Positions 21,043 to 32,834 of a stretch of DNA of 64,000 bases are shown one piece after another (position 1 is the first letter of the stretch; every line of letters begins with the position of its first letter). The DNA lies in NCBI GenBank assembly GCA_024398755.1, contig JAKSIQ010000007.1, forward strand, positions 2,531 through 66,530, given 5' to 3'. Made by a program: the position numbers and the translations under genes. This stretch comes from Bacteroidaceae bacterium. Its GTDB lineage: Bacteria; Bacteroidota; Bacteroidia; Bacteroidales; Bacteroidaceae. The notes below the pieces were generated by a model. That model saw only the letters and a program-made list of their open reading frames with translations, was not told the origin of the DNA and searched no databases.

Positions 21043-23862
21043 TTATCCGATTACAATGTTGACAATCTTGCGCGGAACGACAATAACCTTGCGTATGGTC
21101 TTGCCTTCAATGTAACCCTGTGTCTTTTCGTTGGCCAGAACCTGGGCTTCAATGGTCTTGGCATCCATATCGGCTGCAAAGTCCATGGTGAAACGTGTCT
21201 TGCCGTTGAACGATATGGAATAGGTTATGCTGTCTTCCTTCAGGTAGTCTTCGTTATATTTTGGCCATGCTGCATCGCATACGCTGCCTTCACCGCCAAT
21301 CATCTCCCAAAGTTCTTCAGCAATGTGCGGTGCGAACGGGGCGATAAGCCTGACAAGGTCTGAAAGTACGGCCCTGTTGCTGCACTTGAGCCCTGAAAGT
21401 TCGTTCACGCATATCATGAAAGCGCTGACCGATGTGTTGAACGAGAAGTTCTCAATGTCTTCGGTAACCTTCTTGATTAGCTTGTGGATTGACTTGAGTT
21501 CATCTTTTGAGGCTTCGCCATCGGTCAGGCACGACTTGCCGTCACGGTCGGTGAACAGATTCCACATTTTGCGTATGAAACGGTGACAGCCGTCAATACC
21601 GTTGGTGTCCCAGGGTTTTGACTGCTCGAGCGGACCAAGGAACATCTCGTACATGCGCAGGGTATCGGCTCCGTACTTTTCAATAATGACGTCGGGGTTC
21701 ACTACGTTGAACATTGACTTTGACATCTTTTCAACTGCCCAGCCGCAGATGTACTTGCCGTCTTCAAGGATGAATTCGGCGGTTTCGTATTCCGGACGCC
21801 ATGCCTTGAAGGACTCGACGTCAAGAATGTCGTTGCTTACAATGTTGACATCGACATGGATTGGAGTGGTGTCATACTTGTCTTTGAGGCCGAGCGACAC
21901 AAATGTGTTGGTGTCCTTTATGCGGTAAACGAAATTGCTGCGGCCCTGTATCATGCCCTGGTTGATGAGCTTTGCGAAAGGCTCTTCAACTACGCTCACG
22001 CCCAGGTCTTTGAGGAACTTGTTCCAGAAACGCGAATAGATAAGATGGCCGGTGGCATGTTCGCTTCCGCCCAGATACAGGTCAACGCACTTCCAGTATG
22101 CATCGGCACTGCTGCTGACAAGTGCCTTGTCGTTGTGCGGATCCATGTAGCGCAGATAGTAGGCGCTTGAACCTGCAAAGCCCGGCATGGTGTTGAGTTC
22201 CAGCGGGAATACGGTGACATTGTCTATGAGTGACTTTGAAACGACTTTCTTTGTCTTGGTGTCAAAGGCCCATTCGGTGGCGTGGCCAAGTGGTGGCTCA
22301 CCGCTTTCGGTCGGCTTGTAGTCCTTGATTTCAGGAAGCTGCAGAGGCAGGCACTCTTCGGGGAGCATGGTGGGTATTCCGTTTCTGTAATATACAGGGA
22401 AGGGTTCGCCCCAGTAGCGCTGGCGGCTGAATATGGCATCGCGCAGACGGTAGTTGACCTTGACGCGGCCTATGCCTTTTTCTGTAACGTATTTCTTGGT
22501 TGCGGCTATGCTCTCCTTGACGGTCAGACCGTTCAGGTTCAGTTCAGAGTTGGCGGAATTCATCATTATGCCTTCCTTGGCGTCGAAGCTTTCCTCGCTG
22601 ACATCGCATCCTTCAATGAGCGGGCGGATTTCAAGTCCGAAATGCTTTGCAAAAGCGTAGTCACGGCTGTCATGTGCAGGAACGGCCATGATGGCGCCGG
22701 TTCCGTAACCTGCCAGAACGTAATCGCTGATCCATACAGGAATTGATTCACCGGTAAGCGGGTTGATGGCGTAGCTGCCGCTGAATACGCCGGTAACGCG
22801 GCGGTCGGCAATGCGTTCGCGTTCGGTGCGCTTCTTAACGGCGGCAACGTATGCATCGACCTCAGCCTTCTGTGCGGCGGTGGTAAGCTGCGGAACGAGT
22901 TCGCTCTCAGGAGCCAGAACCATGAAGGTAACGCCGAAAATGGTATCGGCACGTGTGGTGAATATGGTGAACTGAATGTCGCTGTCCTTGACCTTGAACT
23001 GCATCTCGGTACCTTCGGAGCGGCCAATCCAGTTGCGCTGTGTCTCCTTGATGGAGTCTGACCAGTCAATGCTGTCGAGTCCGTCAAGCAGGCGCTGTGC
23101 GTATGCTGAAACGCGCAGACACCACTGGCGCATCTTTTTCTGTTCTACCGGGAAGCCGCCGCGGACCGATACGCCCTCAACCACTTCGTCGTTGGCAAGA
23201 ACAGTGCCCAGTCCGGCGCACCAGTTCACCATGGTCTCGCCCTGATAAGCTATGCGGTAGTTCATGAGGGTGTCCGACTTCTGTTTCTCGTCCATGGCGT
23301 TCCATTCGGCCGGTGAGAATGTCAGTTCTTCGCTGCAGGCAACGTCAAGAGCGGCGGTACCCTGCTTTTCAAAATGTTCAATCAGCTTTTCTATGGGCTG
23401 TGCACACTGGCACTTGTTGCAGTAGTACGAATTGAACATCTTCTGGAATGCCCACTGTGTCCAGTGGTAGTAGCCGGGTTCACAGGTGCGGACTTCGCGG
23501 TCCCAGTCAAATGAGAATCCTATCTTGTCCAGCTGCTCGCGGTAGCGGGCTATGTTCTTTTCGGTCGTTACGGCAGGATGCTGTCCGGTCTGGATGGCAT
23601 ACTGTTCGGCAGGCAGACCATAGGCGTCGTAACCCATAGGGTTGAGCACGTTGAAGCCGCGCTGGCGCTTGTAGCGTGCGTAAATGTCGCTTGCAATGTA
23701 ACCTAACGGGTGTCCTACATGCAGTCCGGCTCCCGACGGGTAGGGGAACATGTTAAGTACGTAATACTTGGGTTTTGAAGCATCCTCGGTCACTTTGTAG
23801 GTTCCGCGTTTTACCCAAAGTTCATGCCATTTGCTCTCAATCTGTCTGAAATCGTATTCCAT
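21043..23862 (-). CDS. leuS: Leucyl-tRNA synthetase
   Basis: HVGHPLGY (HIGH) and KMSKS motifs, 939 aa. Confidence 0.95.
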   Translation of the reverse strand: MEYDFRQIESKWHELWVKRGTYKVTEDASKPKYYVLNMFPYPSGAGLHVGHPLGYIASDIYARYKRQRGFNVLNPMGYDAYGLPAEQYAIQTGQHPAVTTEKNIARYREQLDKIGFSFDWDREVRTCEPGYYHWTQWAFQKMFNSYYCNKCQCAQPIEKLIEHFEKQGTAALDVACSEELTFSPAEWNAMDEKQKSDTLMNYRIAYQGETMVNWCAGLGTVLANDEVVEGVSVRGGFPVEQKKMRQWCLRVSAYAQRLLDGLDSIDWSDSIKETQRNWIGRSEGTEMQFKVKDSDIQFTIFTTRADTIFGVTFMVLAPESELVPQLTTAAQKAEVDAYVAAVKKRTERERIADRRVTGVFSGSYAINPLTGESIPVWISDYVLAGYGTGAIMAVPAHDSRDYAFAKHFGLEIRPLIEGCDVSEESFDAKEGIMMNSANSELNLNGLTVKESIAATKKYVTEKGIGRVKVNYRLRDAIFSRQRYWGEPFPVYYRNGIPTMLPEECLPLQLPEIKDYKPTESGEPPLGHATEWAFDTKTKKVVSKSLIDNVTVFPLELNTMPGFAGSSAYYLRYMDPHNDKALVSSSADAYWKCVDLYLGGSEHATGHLIYSRFWNKFLKDLGVSVVEEPFAKLINQGMIQGRSNFVYRIKDTNTFVSLGLKDKYDTTPIHVDVNIVSNDILDVESFKAWRPEYETAEFILEDGKYICGWAVEKMSKSMFNVVNPDVIIEKYGADTLRMYEMFLGPLEQSKPWDTNGIDGCHRFIRKMWNLFTDRDGKSCLTDGEASKDELKSIHKLIKKVTEDIENFSFNTSVSAFMICVNELSGLKCSNRAVLSDLVRLIAPFAPHIAEELWEMIGGEGSVCDAAWPKYNEDYLKEDSITYSISFNGKTRFTMDFAADMDAKTIEAQVLANEKTQGYIEGKTIRKVIVVPRKIVNIVIG

Positions 23863-23949
23863 TTTTATGTTGTATGACTTTTAAACGAAAGTGTTGCCAA
23901 ATATTCTACAAGCCGCAAATTTACGCAAATATTGGTGACTGACCTCTTT

Positions 23950-25980
23950 TTATTTAAGGAAATCGGCGGCACGGAATTTCCAGATGGCCTGGACGGTGAC
24001 ATCTTCCTTATGGCTTTGGTCCAGTTTTGCCGCTCCGCTGCCCATGCTTTCGCGGTCTGAATATATGGTGCTGCCTGTTTTTGCCACCAATTGGAATCCA
24101 TTTGGAAGAGCGGCTTTTATCATGGCAGAGAGACGGCATCCTTTACCTGACAGTGTCATGAACCCGAAACCGTACCTCGGCCCGTTTTCATAAATGCTTA
24201 CAGCGCTGTCATAACTGTCAGTGGAAAACAGACATCCTGAAACATAGATATCCAGCGCCCATCCGCTGCCTGTGTGGCCATTGTATTTCAAATATCCGGC
24301 CAGCGCCCTGCCCCATGAGCGTGTGGTTCCCGGAAAGGTGGAACAGTTCAGCAGAAGACTGCTTCTGGCGTTCCATGAGTCAGACATTCCGGTTTCGTGA
24401 CCTAACTTGAAACGCCATGTCTGACGGTATTCCAGCCGGCCGGTTTCCCTGCAATCCTTCTGAACGGCCTTATAGTTGAAACTGCCAGACAAAGTGCCGT
24501 TCAGAACATGTCCAATGCTTGTATTTGACTTGAACTGCATTCCGTGCGATGCAGCGCTTGCCTGGTAACATGGCTCGGGATGACCGAAACAGTCAACCGT
24601 ACAGCCGGCTTTGAATCTTCCGGATTCCCTTCTGACCGATGCCAGCAGACCGTATTCGTTTGAAACGTCCGACTGTGCCATGGCACCGGAGTGCAGCGAC
24701 TCGTACCGTGGGCTGTAGTATCTGGCAGACAGCGTCAGTTCGTGGTGTCCGTCCAGTCTTATCAGGATGTTGTCAAGTGTGGCAATAGAGCGTTTCCCAA
24801 GGTCCGCGGCCGTCTCGCCCCATACTGCGAAACCGGGTCTGTGGATTGCGAAATCGGCTGACAATCCTGCCATAAACCCGGTACCGTCGGACAGCCTTCT
24901 TGAAAACTTCTCAAGCAGGATGGCTGAACCGATGGTAATGCCCTGGTGTTCATATTGTACAGCGGCTCCTGCTGTGTTCTGGCGGCAGTTGTGCTTGCGG
25001 CTGAATTCCAGTTGTGTGCGATGGTAACCGTCGGTCTTGAATGACGAGATGCTGCCGTCATCGGCAAGTACGGCATCGGTCAGCTGGCTCGATGCAAACA
25101 GGGCAAAACCGGTCCGCCCGTGTTCCCACTGGACTGCGGCACCTGTCAGACAGCCGGTCTCGCCACATGATGAATGCGGCCTTATTGAAAAGCCTTTGCG
25201 GGCTGCGGCATCGGCCCCTGATGCCATGCCGAATCCGTTTCCAACAAGAAGTCCGCAGCCGGCCGATACCTTGTATCGTCCAAAAGCGGCAGCTTTCAGC
25301 CTGCCTATGTCGTTCAGAAACAGATAAGGCGAATAGAAGTCATAACCGGCGGGGTGTTTTTCAAAAAACGGCTCGCCTGCATCCTTCTGTGCCGTGAGAC
25401 CGAATTTGATCCTTGAATTCCAGTCCAATGACAGATGCAGGCTGTGACCGACCCGTGTGCCAAGGTACTCGCGGTTCGGATACCGTTTCAGCACATCGGC
25501 AGTGTGTTCCCTGTAGCCTTCGCGCGTGTAGAGCGGAATGCCTGCATCCTGAACCGCCTCCACTCTGCCGTATCTGAAAACGTCCTTGAGCCTGATTTTT
25601 TCATGTTCTTCAGGTCCGGGGCCGATGTAGATGAACTGTCGCAGCAAACGGCGCTTTTCATAATCCAGACCGTAAACCATCTGCAGTTCGCCTGGGCTGA
25701 GCATGGGGCCGTGCAGATAAATGTAGGCGCAGATTTCCTCTATGTCTTTTTCCGAGAGGAAAGTCAATGGTTCAAGCTGTTGTCTGGAAACCCGGTTAAT
25801 GTTCAAAGGGTTGTCGTGAAGTTCTTCAAAATACAGGATTGCCTGCTGAATGTCATTGTCTTCTGTGATGTTGCCCAACAGATGTTCAAGTACTGTGTTC
25901 CAGTCGGTGCTGTCCTGTGAAACAAGCCTGCATGGGGCAAAGAGTGCCATAGCAAGGCAGATGATGCCTGATTTTCTCAT
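23950..25980 (-). CDS. Secreted helix-hairpin-helix (ComEA-like) domain protein with large C-terminal beta-rich region
   Basis: Signal peptide MRKSGIICLAMALFAPCRLVSQ. HhH-like segments (NINRVSRQQLEPLTFLSEKDIEEI; SPGELQMVYGLDYEKRRLL). About 500 aa with alternating Gly/aromatic residues. Confidence 0.6.
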   Translation of the reverse strand: MRKSGIICLAMALFAPCRLVSQDSTDWNTVLEHLLGNITEDNDIQQAILYFEELHDNPLNINRVSRQQLEPLTFLSEKDIEEICAYIYLHGPMLSPGELQMVYGLDYEKRRLLRQFIYIGPGPEEHEKIRLKDVFRYGRVEAVQDAGIPLYTREGYREHTADVLKRYPNREYLGTRVGHSLHLSLDWNSRIKFGLTAQKDAGEPFFEKHPAGYDFYSPYLFLNDIGRLKAAAFGRYKVSAGCGLLVGNGFGMASGADAAARKGFSIRPHSSCGETGCLTGAAVQWEHGRTGFALFASSQLTDAVLADDGSISSFKTDGYHRTQLEFSRKHNCRQNTAGAAVQYEHQGITIGSAILLEKFSRRLSDGTGFMAGLSADFAIHRPGFAVWGETAADLGKRSIATLDNILIRLDGHHELTLSARYYSPRYESLHSGAMAQSDVSNEYGLLASVRRESGRFKAGCTVDCFGHPEPCYQASAASHGMQFKSNTSIGHVLNGTLSGSFNYKAVQKDCRETGRLEYRQTWRFKLGHETGMSDSWNARSSLLLNCSTFPGTTRSWGRALAGYLKYNGHTGSGWALDIYVSGCLFSTDSYDSAVSIYENGPRYGFGFMTLSGKGCRLSAMIKAALPNGFQLVAKTGSTIYSDRESMGSGAAKLDQSHKEDVTVQAIWKFRAADFLK

Positions 25981-26043
25981 GGTAAAAAGATTTTGGTTGC
26001 CGTAAAGATACTGGTTTTATACCTGATTTGTAACTTTGTGGCA

Positions 26044-26670
26044 ATGAAAACCGGCAAATTTCTTTTTTTGTCACTGGCTCTGCTTGTAGCGGTGCCTCAG
26101 GTATCCGTTGCCGGTATTTTCAGCCGTAGCAAGGAGAAAACAGCCGCTAAAGAAAGGTCTGGGCTCGGAAAAGTGTCGAAAGGCGATACCATACCCACGT
26201 TCGAACTTATGGAAATAATGGTGTACGGACGTCGCACATATTCCAGCAGGCGTCAGCAGAGACAGTATGACAAGCTTACCCGCAACGTCATCAAAATGTA
26301 CCCCATTTCCAAGGAGATCAAGGCAATACTGGTTGAAACATATCTGTATCTGCAGAATCTGCCCGATGACAAGGCTCGTGAAAAACATATCAAGGCTGTA
26401 GAGGACGGCGTATGGGAGCAGTACTATCCGGTCATGCGCCAATGTACTCTGGCTCAGGGCAAACTGCTCATCAAACTGATTGACCGCGAGTGCAACCAGT
26501 CAGGTTACGACCTGATAAACGCTTTTGCCGGTCCGTTCAAGGCCCATTTCTACCAGGCGTTCGCCGCGCTGTTCGGTGCATCGCTCAAAAAGGAGTACCA
26601 GCCTGAATTTGATGACGAAGACCAGATAATAGAAGAGATAATCTGGATGATAGAAAACGGCACAATCTGA
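26044..26670 (+). CDS. Secreted hypothetical protein (resembles DUF4294)
   Basis: Start moved to MKTGKFLFLSLALLVAVPQVSVAG (signal peptide). The family call is from memory. Confidence 0.5.
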   Translation: MKTGKFLFLSLALLVAVPQVSVAGIFSRSKEKTAAKERSGLGKVSKGDTIPTFELMEIMVYGRRTYSSRRQQRQYDKLTRNVIKMYPISKEIKAILVETYLYLQNLPDDKAREKHIKAVEDGVWEQYYPVMRQCTLAQGKLLIKLIDRECNQSGYDLINAFAGPFKAHFYQAFAALFGASLKKEYQPEFDDEDQIIEEIIWMIENGTI

Positions 26671-26699
26671 AAAAGGTTGGATGCTTTACGAAAATTGGC

Positions 26700-26707
26700 T
26701 ATATTTG
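26700..26707 (+). promoter_or_regulatory. Candidate -7 box TATATTTG for ychF
   Basis: Exact TAnnTTTG, 30 nt upstream of the ATG at 26737. Confidence 0.4.
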
Positions 26708-26736
26708 CATATTGTATATAAAACAATATAACAAAC

Positions 26737-27837
26737 ATGGCATTGCAATGCGGTATTGTGGGCCTTCCCAATGTAGGTAAATCCACTCTTTTCAACTGTC
26801 TGTCAAGCGCAAAGGCGCAATCGGCAAATTTTCCCTTCTGCACAATCGAACCCAATGTCGGAACCATTACCGTTCCCGACGAACGTCTTAACCGTCTGGC
26901 CGAAATAGACCATCCGCAGCGTGTCATTCCGACTACTGTTGAAATAGTCGATATTGCCGGCCTGGTAAAGGGAGCCAGCAAAGGCGAAGGTCTTGGGAAC
27001 AAGTTCCTTGCCAACATTCGTGAGACCGATGCCATAATCCATGTGCTGCGTTGCTTTGACGATGACAACATAACCCATGTGGACGGCAGTGTGAATCCCG
27101 TCCGTGACAAGGAGATAATTGATACTGAACTACAGCTCAAGGATCTGGAAACGGTAGAAAGCCGTATTGTCAAGGTCCAGAAGCAGGCCACGACAGGCGG
27201 AGACAAGAACGCTAAGGCACTGCTGGAACTTCTGTTGCAGTACAAGGAGGCTCTGCTTCAGGGCAAGAGCGCACGTACCGTTGAAATAACGAAGGAACAG
27301 CAGCCGCTTGTGCGCGACCTGTTCCTGCTCACCACAAAACCTGTTCTCTATGTCTGCAACGTGGATGAAAAGAGCGCGGTTTCAGGCAATGACTACACCA
27401 AAGCCGTTCAGGGGGCCATCAAGGACGAAGGCGCACAGATGATAATGGTTGCAGCCGGTCTTGAGGCCGACATTGCCGAACTGGAAACATACGAGGAGCG
27501 TCAGATGTTCCTTGAAGAGGCCGGCCTGAAGGAATCGGGTGTCGTGCGTCTCATCAAGGCAGCATACAAGCTGCTTGACCTGCAGACATTCTTCACTACC
27601 GGAGCCGATGAATCACGCGCCTGGACATTCCGTCGCGGCATGAAGGCACCGCAGTGTGCAGGTGTCATACATACTGATTTTGAAAAGGGCTTCATAAGGG
27701 CCGAGGTCATAAAATATGATGATTATGTGAATCTGGGCAGTGAGGCTGCGGTCCGTGAGGCCGGCAAACTGAGTGTAGAGGGCAAGGATTATGTGGCTCA
27801 GGACGGCGACATAATGCACTTCAGATTCAACGTATAA
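26737..27837 (+). CDS. ychF: Redox-regulated ribosome-binding ATPase YchF
   Basis: GIVGLPNVGKSTLFN P-loop, a TGS-like C-terminus, 366 aa. Confidence 0.95.
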   Translation: MALQCGIVGLPNVGKSTLFNCLSSAKAQSANFPFCTIEPNVGTITVPDERLNRLAEIDHPQRVIPTTVEIVDIAGLVKGASKGEGLGNKFLANIRETDAIIHVLRCFDDDNITHVDGSVNPVRDKEIIDTELQLKDLETVESRIVKVQKQATTGGDKNAKALLELLLQYKEALLQGKSARTVEITKEQQPLVRDLFLLTTKPVLYVCNVDEKSAVSGNDYTKAVQGAIKDEGAQMIMVAAGLEADIAELETYEERQMFLEEAGLKESGVVRLIKAAYKLLDLQTFFTTGADESRAWTFRRGMKAPQCAGVIHTDFEKGFIRAEVIKYDDYVNLGSEAAVREAGKLSVEGKDYVAQDGDIMHFRFNV

Positions 27838-27848
27838 ATACGGCAGTT

Positions 27849-28724
27849 ATGGCACAAGCACTCTTTCAGGCACTATATCTGGTTTGGAATCCCAAAATGG
27901 AGCTGTGTCGTGTTTTCGGCTTCCCTATAAGATATTATTCACTTATGTGGGTGATAGGTCTGGCGGCTGCATATTTTCTGGTGCGCCGTTTTTACAAGGA
28001 CCGCGGCATAAAGGAAGAGATATACGAGCCTCTGTTCATTTACGGCTTCATTGGCATTCTGGTTGGTGCCAGACTCGGACACTGCATTTTTTATGAGCCG
28101 CAGGATTATCTGACCAGTTTCAGGGGTATTGTAGAGATGCTGCTTCCGGTAAGGTTCTATCCTGAAGGCATGAAGATGGTTGGTTACCAGGGGCTGGCAA
28201 GTCACGGAGGCACAATAGGCATATTTCTGGGAATTCTGCTGTACTGCCGCAAATATGGGGTGAAACTGCTGGAATGCGTTGATATGGTGGCAGTCGCCAC
28301 ACCGGTTACCGCCGCTTGCATCAGGCTGGGCAATTTCATGAATTCCGAGATAGTGGGCAAGGCTACCGGAACGGAATACGGCATAGTGTTCATTCAGAAC
28401 GGAGAGAATTTTCCACGGCATCCCGCCCAGCTCTATGAGGCAGTGGCCTATCTTGTGATATTCGTCATAATTCTGCTCATGTATTCCAGACACAAGGAGA
28501 AAGTTGGAACAGGATTCTATTTCGGTTTCTGTCTGGCCACAATATTCGTCTTCCGCTTCTTCGTTGAATTCTGCAAGGAAGTGCAGGTTGATTTCGAGAA
28601 GGGTATGGCGCTTGACATGGGACAGATACTCAGCATTCCAATTGCTGCGGTGGGATTATATTTCCTGATATCGGGTCTGAAAAAGACTCCTGCTCCCATT
28701 ACGAAACCAAAGTCAAAAAAGTGA
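27849..28724 (+). CDS. lgt: Prolipoprotein diacylglyceryl transferase
   Basis: Polytopic membrane protein with IRYYSLMWVIG, GARLGH and HPAQLYEA motifs. Confidence 0.85.
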   Translation: MAQALFQALYLVWNPKMELCRVFGFPIRYYSLMWVIGLAAAYFLVRRFYKDRGIKEEIYEPLFIYGFIGILVGARLGHCIFYEPQDYLTSFRGIVEMLLPVRFYPEGMKMVGYQGLASHGGTIGIFLGILLYCRKYGVKLLECVDMVAVATPVTAACIRLGNFMNSEIVGKATGTEYGIVFIQNGENFPRHPAQLYEAVAYLVIFVIILLMYSRHKEKVGTGFYFGFCLATIFVFRFFVEFCKEVQVDFEKGMALDMGQILSIPIAAVGLYFLISGLKKTPAPITKPKSKK

Positions 28725-28765
28725 GAAAATAACCTGATAACCTTTAACTGTAAAACCATTAACTT

Positions 28766-30184
28766 ATGCTTTTGAATTCAGGCTCTCTGGCAGTCACATC
28801 GTTTTCTACGCCCGATGTATGGCATGCCATCGTACAGTTCATCATTGTTGCTGTAGCAGTACTGTTCGGCAACATTCTTAGAAGGAAAGTGAAAATATTG
28901 AAACGCAGCCTTATGCCCAGCGCACTTCTTGGCGGTCTCATAATTCTGCTTCTGAAGTTGTGGCCGGCATTCAATGACATCATTGACAAGAGGATGATGG
29001 AGGTTGTCACATATCATACTTTGGCATTGGGATTCATTGCCATGTCACTTAGGGCATCAAAAGATTCCAACCGTGCCAATACCCGCACCGTCATCAATAC
29101 AGGCACACTTACCATCGGCACATACATTATTCAGGGTATCGTGGGTCTGCTGGTCACCATACCTATGTTCATCTGGTGGAGGAATCCGGACATGAGCCGT
29201 GACATATTCTATTCCGGTGGCCTGCTGCTTCCTATGGGCTACGGTCAGGGCCCCGGCCAGGCTCTGAATTTCGGAACCATCTACCAGCTGGGTGCCGGCG
29301 AGCAGGGCATCAATTTCCAGGGTATCGATTTCGGACTGTCAATTGCCACAATAGGTTTCCTTGTTGGCAGTGTTGTAGGAGTCATATACATGAACATTCT
29401 GAACCGCCGCAGGAAGCTTACCATGAATGGTGGTGAGGAAGTTGCAGTCCATACCATCGAGGATTATGAAAGCCGCAATGACATTCCACATTCGGAGTCT
29501 GTTGACAAACTCACTGTGGTATCGGCAATCGTGCTTCTCACATACGGTCTCGTTTATCTGCTCATGTCATTCATAGGCGGTCTTGATCTGGGTAATTTTG
29601 GCGAAAAGACACTCAAGCCTCTGGTTTACGGATTCAATTTCTTCTGGGGCATACTGTTCGGTTCTCTGGTCAAGATGATCATCAAGAAGCTCCTCAAGAT
29701 GGGTGTAATGCACCGTGAATATCTGAACGAGTTCCTGCTGAACCGCATCAGCGGATTCATGTTTGACATCATGATTGTTGCCGGCACAGCTGCAATCAGC
29801 TTCGAGAACCTGAAGTCAATATGGCTGCCTCTGACAATTGTGTGCGTAGCAGGCGCTTTCATTACTTTCATTTATGTGCGTTGGGTGTCATTCCACATTT
29901 ATCCCACATACAAGTATGAAGGTTTCTTTGCAATGTTCGGAATGCTTACAGGTACCGCCAGCAACGGAATGATTCTGTTGCGTGAAATTGACCCGCATTA
30001 CGACACTCCTGCAGCCAACAATCTTGTGCTTCAGAACATTCCGGCCATGATTCTGGGTTTCCCGGTTCTTCTGTTGCTCGGATTTGCGCCCAAGAGCATG
30101 AATGCCACTATGATTACTTTGGGAATACTTGTTTTGGCATTCATAGCGGCTACACTGTTCCTGTTCAGAAAGAATAGAAAATAA
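28766..30184 (+). CDS. Sodium/glutamate symporter family (GltS-like) permease
   Basis: Polytopic. N-terminal LRRKVKILKRSLMPSALLGGL and C-terminal FGMLTGTASNGM resemble E. coli GltS segments. Confidence 0.65.
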   Translation: MLLNSGSLAVTSFSTPDVWHAIVQFIIVAVAVLFGNILRRKVKILKRSLMPSALLGGLIILLLKLWPAFNDIIDKRMMEVVTYHTLALGFIAMSLRASKDSNRANTRTVINTGTLTIGTYIIQGIVGLLVTIPMFIWWRNPDMSRDIFYSGGLLLPMGYGQGPGQALNFGTIYQLGAGEQGINFQGIDFGLSIATIGFLVGSVVGVIYMNILNRRRKLTMNGGEEVAVHTIEDYESRNDIPHSESVDKLTVVSAIVLLTYGLVYLLMSFIGGLDLGNFGEKTLKPLVYGFNFFWGILFGSLVKMIIKKLLKMGVMHREYLNEFLLNRISGFMFDIMIVAGTAAISFENLKSIWLPLTIVCVAGAFITFIYVRWVSFHIYPTYKYEGFFAMFGMLTGTASNGMILLREIDPHYDTPAANNLVLQNIPAMILGFPVLLLLGFAPKSMNATMITLGILVLAFIAATLFLFRKNRK

Positions 30185-30202
30185 TTGTTCCGGATTGGTC
30201 AG

Positions 30203-32827
30203 ATGGCAGACAGCAAAGAGGGCCTGACGCCCATGATGAAGCAGTTCTACAACCTCAAGGAGAAACACCCTGACGCTGTTCTGCTGTTCCGTTGTGGCGA
30301 CTTCTACGAGACATACGCTCAGGATGCCGTAACGGCAAGCGAGATACTTGGCATCACTCTGACGCGCCGCAACAACGGCAAGAACGGGGCCATGGCCATA
30401 GAGATGGCTGGTTTTCCGCATCATGCCCTTGATGCATATCTGCCCAAACTGATTCGCGCGGGGCGTCGTGTAGCCATCTGTGACCAGCTGGAAGATCCTA
30501 AAATGACCAAGACCCTTGTCAAACGCGATATTACCGAACTGGTTACTCCGGGTGTGGCAATGAGCGACAATGTACTGCTGAACAAAGAGAACAATTTCCT
30601 CTGTGCGCTGTACTATGGTAAAACGGCATGGGGTATTTCGTTCCTTGACATATCTACCGGAGAGTTCATGCTTTCTGAAGGTTCGCGTGACCATATTGAC
30701 AAGCTTCTTACTGATTTTGCGCCAAAGGAAACGCTTGTCCGTCATGGCATGCGGTCAAAAGTCCAGGAACTGTTCGGTCCGCGCTGGTGTTACCGGGAAA
30801 TGGAGGATTGGGTGTTCACCGCCGATACAGCCCGCGAAAAGCTATGCCGCCATTTCAAAGTCCGTAATCTGAAAGGGTTCGGAGTTGACCATCTGGAAAA
30901 CGGCAAGATTGCAGCGGGAGCGATTCTTGAATATCTTGCCCAGACTCTGCACAACAATCTGAGTCATATCACATCAATACAGCTTATTGATCAGGAAAAT
31001 TTTGTCCGTCTTGACAAGTTCACTGTCAGAAACCTGGAGCTGCTTCAGTCAGGTTGCGAAGACGGCGTTTCGCTTTTGGATGTGATTGACCGTACCAGTT
31101 CTCCAATGGGTGCGCGCCAGCTGCGTCGTTGGATGCTTTTCCCATTGAAGAATGTCACTGAAATAAACGAACGGCTTGACGTTGTTGACTGCATGTTCCG
31201 TAATCCGGAACTTCAGCAGGAGCTTCAGCAGGCTCTTTCCCGAATGGGCGATGTTGAGCGTCTCATTTCAAAGGCGGCCGTATGCCGTATCAATCCTCGT
31301 GAGGTGCTTGGATTGGGGCAGGCGTTGTCGCTTATGGAACCAATAAGCCGCGCATGCATTGACAGCGGCAATGACAAACTGGAATCCATTGGAAAAGGTC
31401 TGGACCTGTGCCCTGACCTTTGTCGCAGAATTCTGACCATGCTGAATCCTGATGCACCAATGCTGCTTAGCAAAGGAGGTGTGATAGCATCGGGCGTATC
31501 GGCCGAACTTGATGAATACCGCCAGATTGCCTATAACGGTAAGGACTATCTTATGCAGATACAGCAGCGGGAGTCGGAACTTACGGGAATTCCAAGCCTG
31601 AAAATTGCTTATAACAATGTGTTCGGCTATTATCTGGAGGTAAGGAACACTTTTAAGGATAAGGTTCCTGAAACATGGATCAGAAAACAGACTCTGGTTA
31701 ATGCAGAACGCTATATCACACCGGAACTGAAAGAGTTCGAAGAGAAAATACTGAGCGCCGAAGACATGATATCAGCTCTTGAATCACGGCTCTTCGCACA
31801 ATTGGCACAGTCAATACTGGAATTTGTGCCTTCCATACAGAATGATGCCGTACTTCTGGCACGTCTTGACTGCCTGTTGAGTTTCGCCCAGGTTTCGCGG
31901 GAACGAAAATATGTACGTCCGGTAGTTGATGACAGTCAGATCATAGATATAAAGGGTGGCCGTCATCCTGTCATTGAAACACGCATGAATCCGGGTGAAA
32001 GTTATATTGCCAATGATCTGCTTCTGGACAGTGAAAAAGAGCAGATTCTGATAATAACAGGCCCTAACATGGCTGGTAAATCCGCGTTGTTGCGTCAGAC
32101 CGCGCTTATTGTGCTGCTGGCCCAGATGGGCTGTTATGTGCCGGCACAAAGCGCCAGAATAGGTTTGGTTGACCGTATCTTTACCCGTGTCGGTGCCAGC
32201 GACAACATCAGTGCGGGCGAATCGACCTTCATGGTTGAAATGACCGAAGCATCGAGCATTTTGAACAATCTGAGTCCGCGCAGTCTGGTTCTTTTTGACG
32301 AACTGGGGCGCGGTACATCGACATACGACGGCATATCAATTGCGTGGGCCATTGTCGAATACATACACAATCATCCGTCAGCACATGCCAGAACGCTGTT
32401 TGCCACCCATTATCATGAACTCAATGAGATGGCCGCGTCATTGGTACGCATACGTAACTTCAATGTTTCCGTAAAGGAAGTTGACGGCAAGGTGCTGTTC
32501 ATGCGCAAACTGGTACCGGGTGGCAGCGAACATTCTTTCGGAATTCACGTGGCCCAACTTGCGGGCATGCCGCCAAGTATAGTGAAACGTGCCGGAACCA
32601 TTCTGAAAGAAATGGAATCGAACGGTCAGGACAAAAGCATTTCGCGTCCGGGACCTGAGACAGCAGCAGGTGCAGCAGGCATGCAGATGAGCTTTTTCCA
32701 GCTTGATGATCCCGTTTTGTGTCAGATCAGGGACCAGATTCTTATGACCGATGTAAACAACCTCACTCCGGTTGAAGCATTGAACAAATTGAATGACATA
32801 AAGACCATTCTCAAAGGAAAGAAGTGA
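30203..32827 (+). CDS. mutS: DNA mismatch repair protein MutS
   Basis: Start taken at the ATG at 30203 ([19 protein letters not shown]); the ORF-track start is a TTG. Walker A GPNMAGKS, plus STFMVEM and DELGRGTST. Confidence 0.95.
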   Translation: MADSKEGLTPMMKQFYNLKEKHPDAVLLFRCGDFYETYAQDAVTASEILGITLTRRNNGKNGAMAIEMAGFPHHALDAYLPKLIRAGRRVAICDQLEDPKMTKTLVKRDITELVTPGVAMSDNVLLNKENNFLCALYYGKTAWGISFLDISTGEFMLSEGSRDHIDKLLTDFAPKETLVRHGMRSKVQELFGPRWCYREMEDWVFTADTAREKLCRHFKVRNLKGFGVDHLENGKIAAGAILEYLAQTLHNNLSHITSIQLIDQENFVRLDKFTVRNLELLQSGCEDGVSLLDVIDRTSSPMGARQLRRWMLFPLKNVTEINERLDVVDCMFRNPELQQELQQALSRMGDVERLISKAAVCRINPREVLGLGQALSLMEPISRACIDSGNDKLESIGKGLDLCPDLCRRILTMLNPDAPMLLSKGGVIASGVSAELDEYRQIAYNGKDYLMQIQQRESELTGIPSLKIAYNNVFGYYLEVRNTFKDKVPETWIRKQTLVNAERYITPELKEFEEKILSAEDMISALESRLFAQLAQSILEFVPSIQNDAVLLARLDCLLSFAQVSRERKYVRPVVDDSQIIDIKGGRHPVIETRMNPGESYIANDLLLDSEKEQILIITGPNMAGKSALLRQTALIVLLAQMGCYVPAQSARIGLVDRIFTRVGASDNISAGESTFMVEMTEASSILNNLSPRSLVLFDELGRGTSTYDGISIAWAIVEYIHNHPSAHARTLFATHYHELNEMAASLVRIRNFNVSVKEVDGKVLFMRKLVPGGSEHSFGIHVAQLAGMPPSIVKRAGTILKEMESNGQDKSISRPGPETAAGAAGMQMSFFQLDDPVLCQIRDQILMTDVNNLTPVEALNKLNDIKTILKGKK

Positions 32828-32834
32828 CGTTATC

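Noticed and set aside
26550-27245. 231-aa minus-strand ORF
   Set aside because: It is antisense to the well-supported ychF and the upstream gene, and its composition is Ser/Arg-rich and low-complexity.
29888-30745. 285-aa minus-strand ORF spanning the gltS-like / mutS junction
   Set aside because: It is antisense to two strongly supported + strand genes, has no recognisable motifs, and crosses an intergenic boundary.
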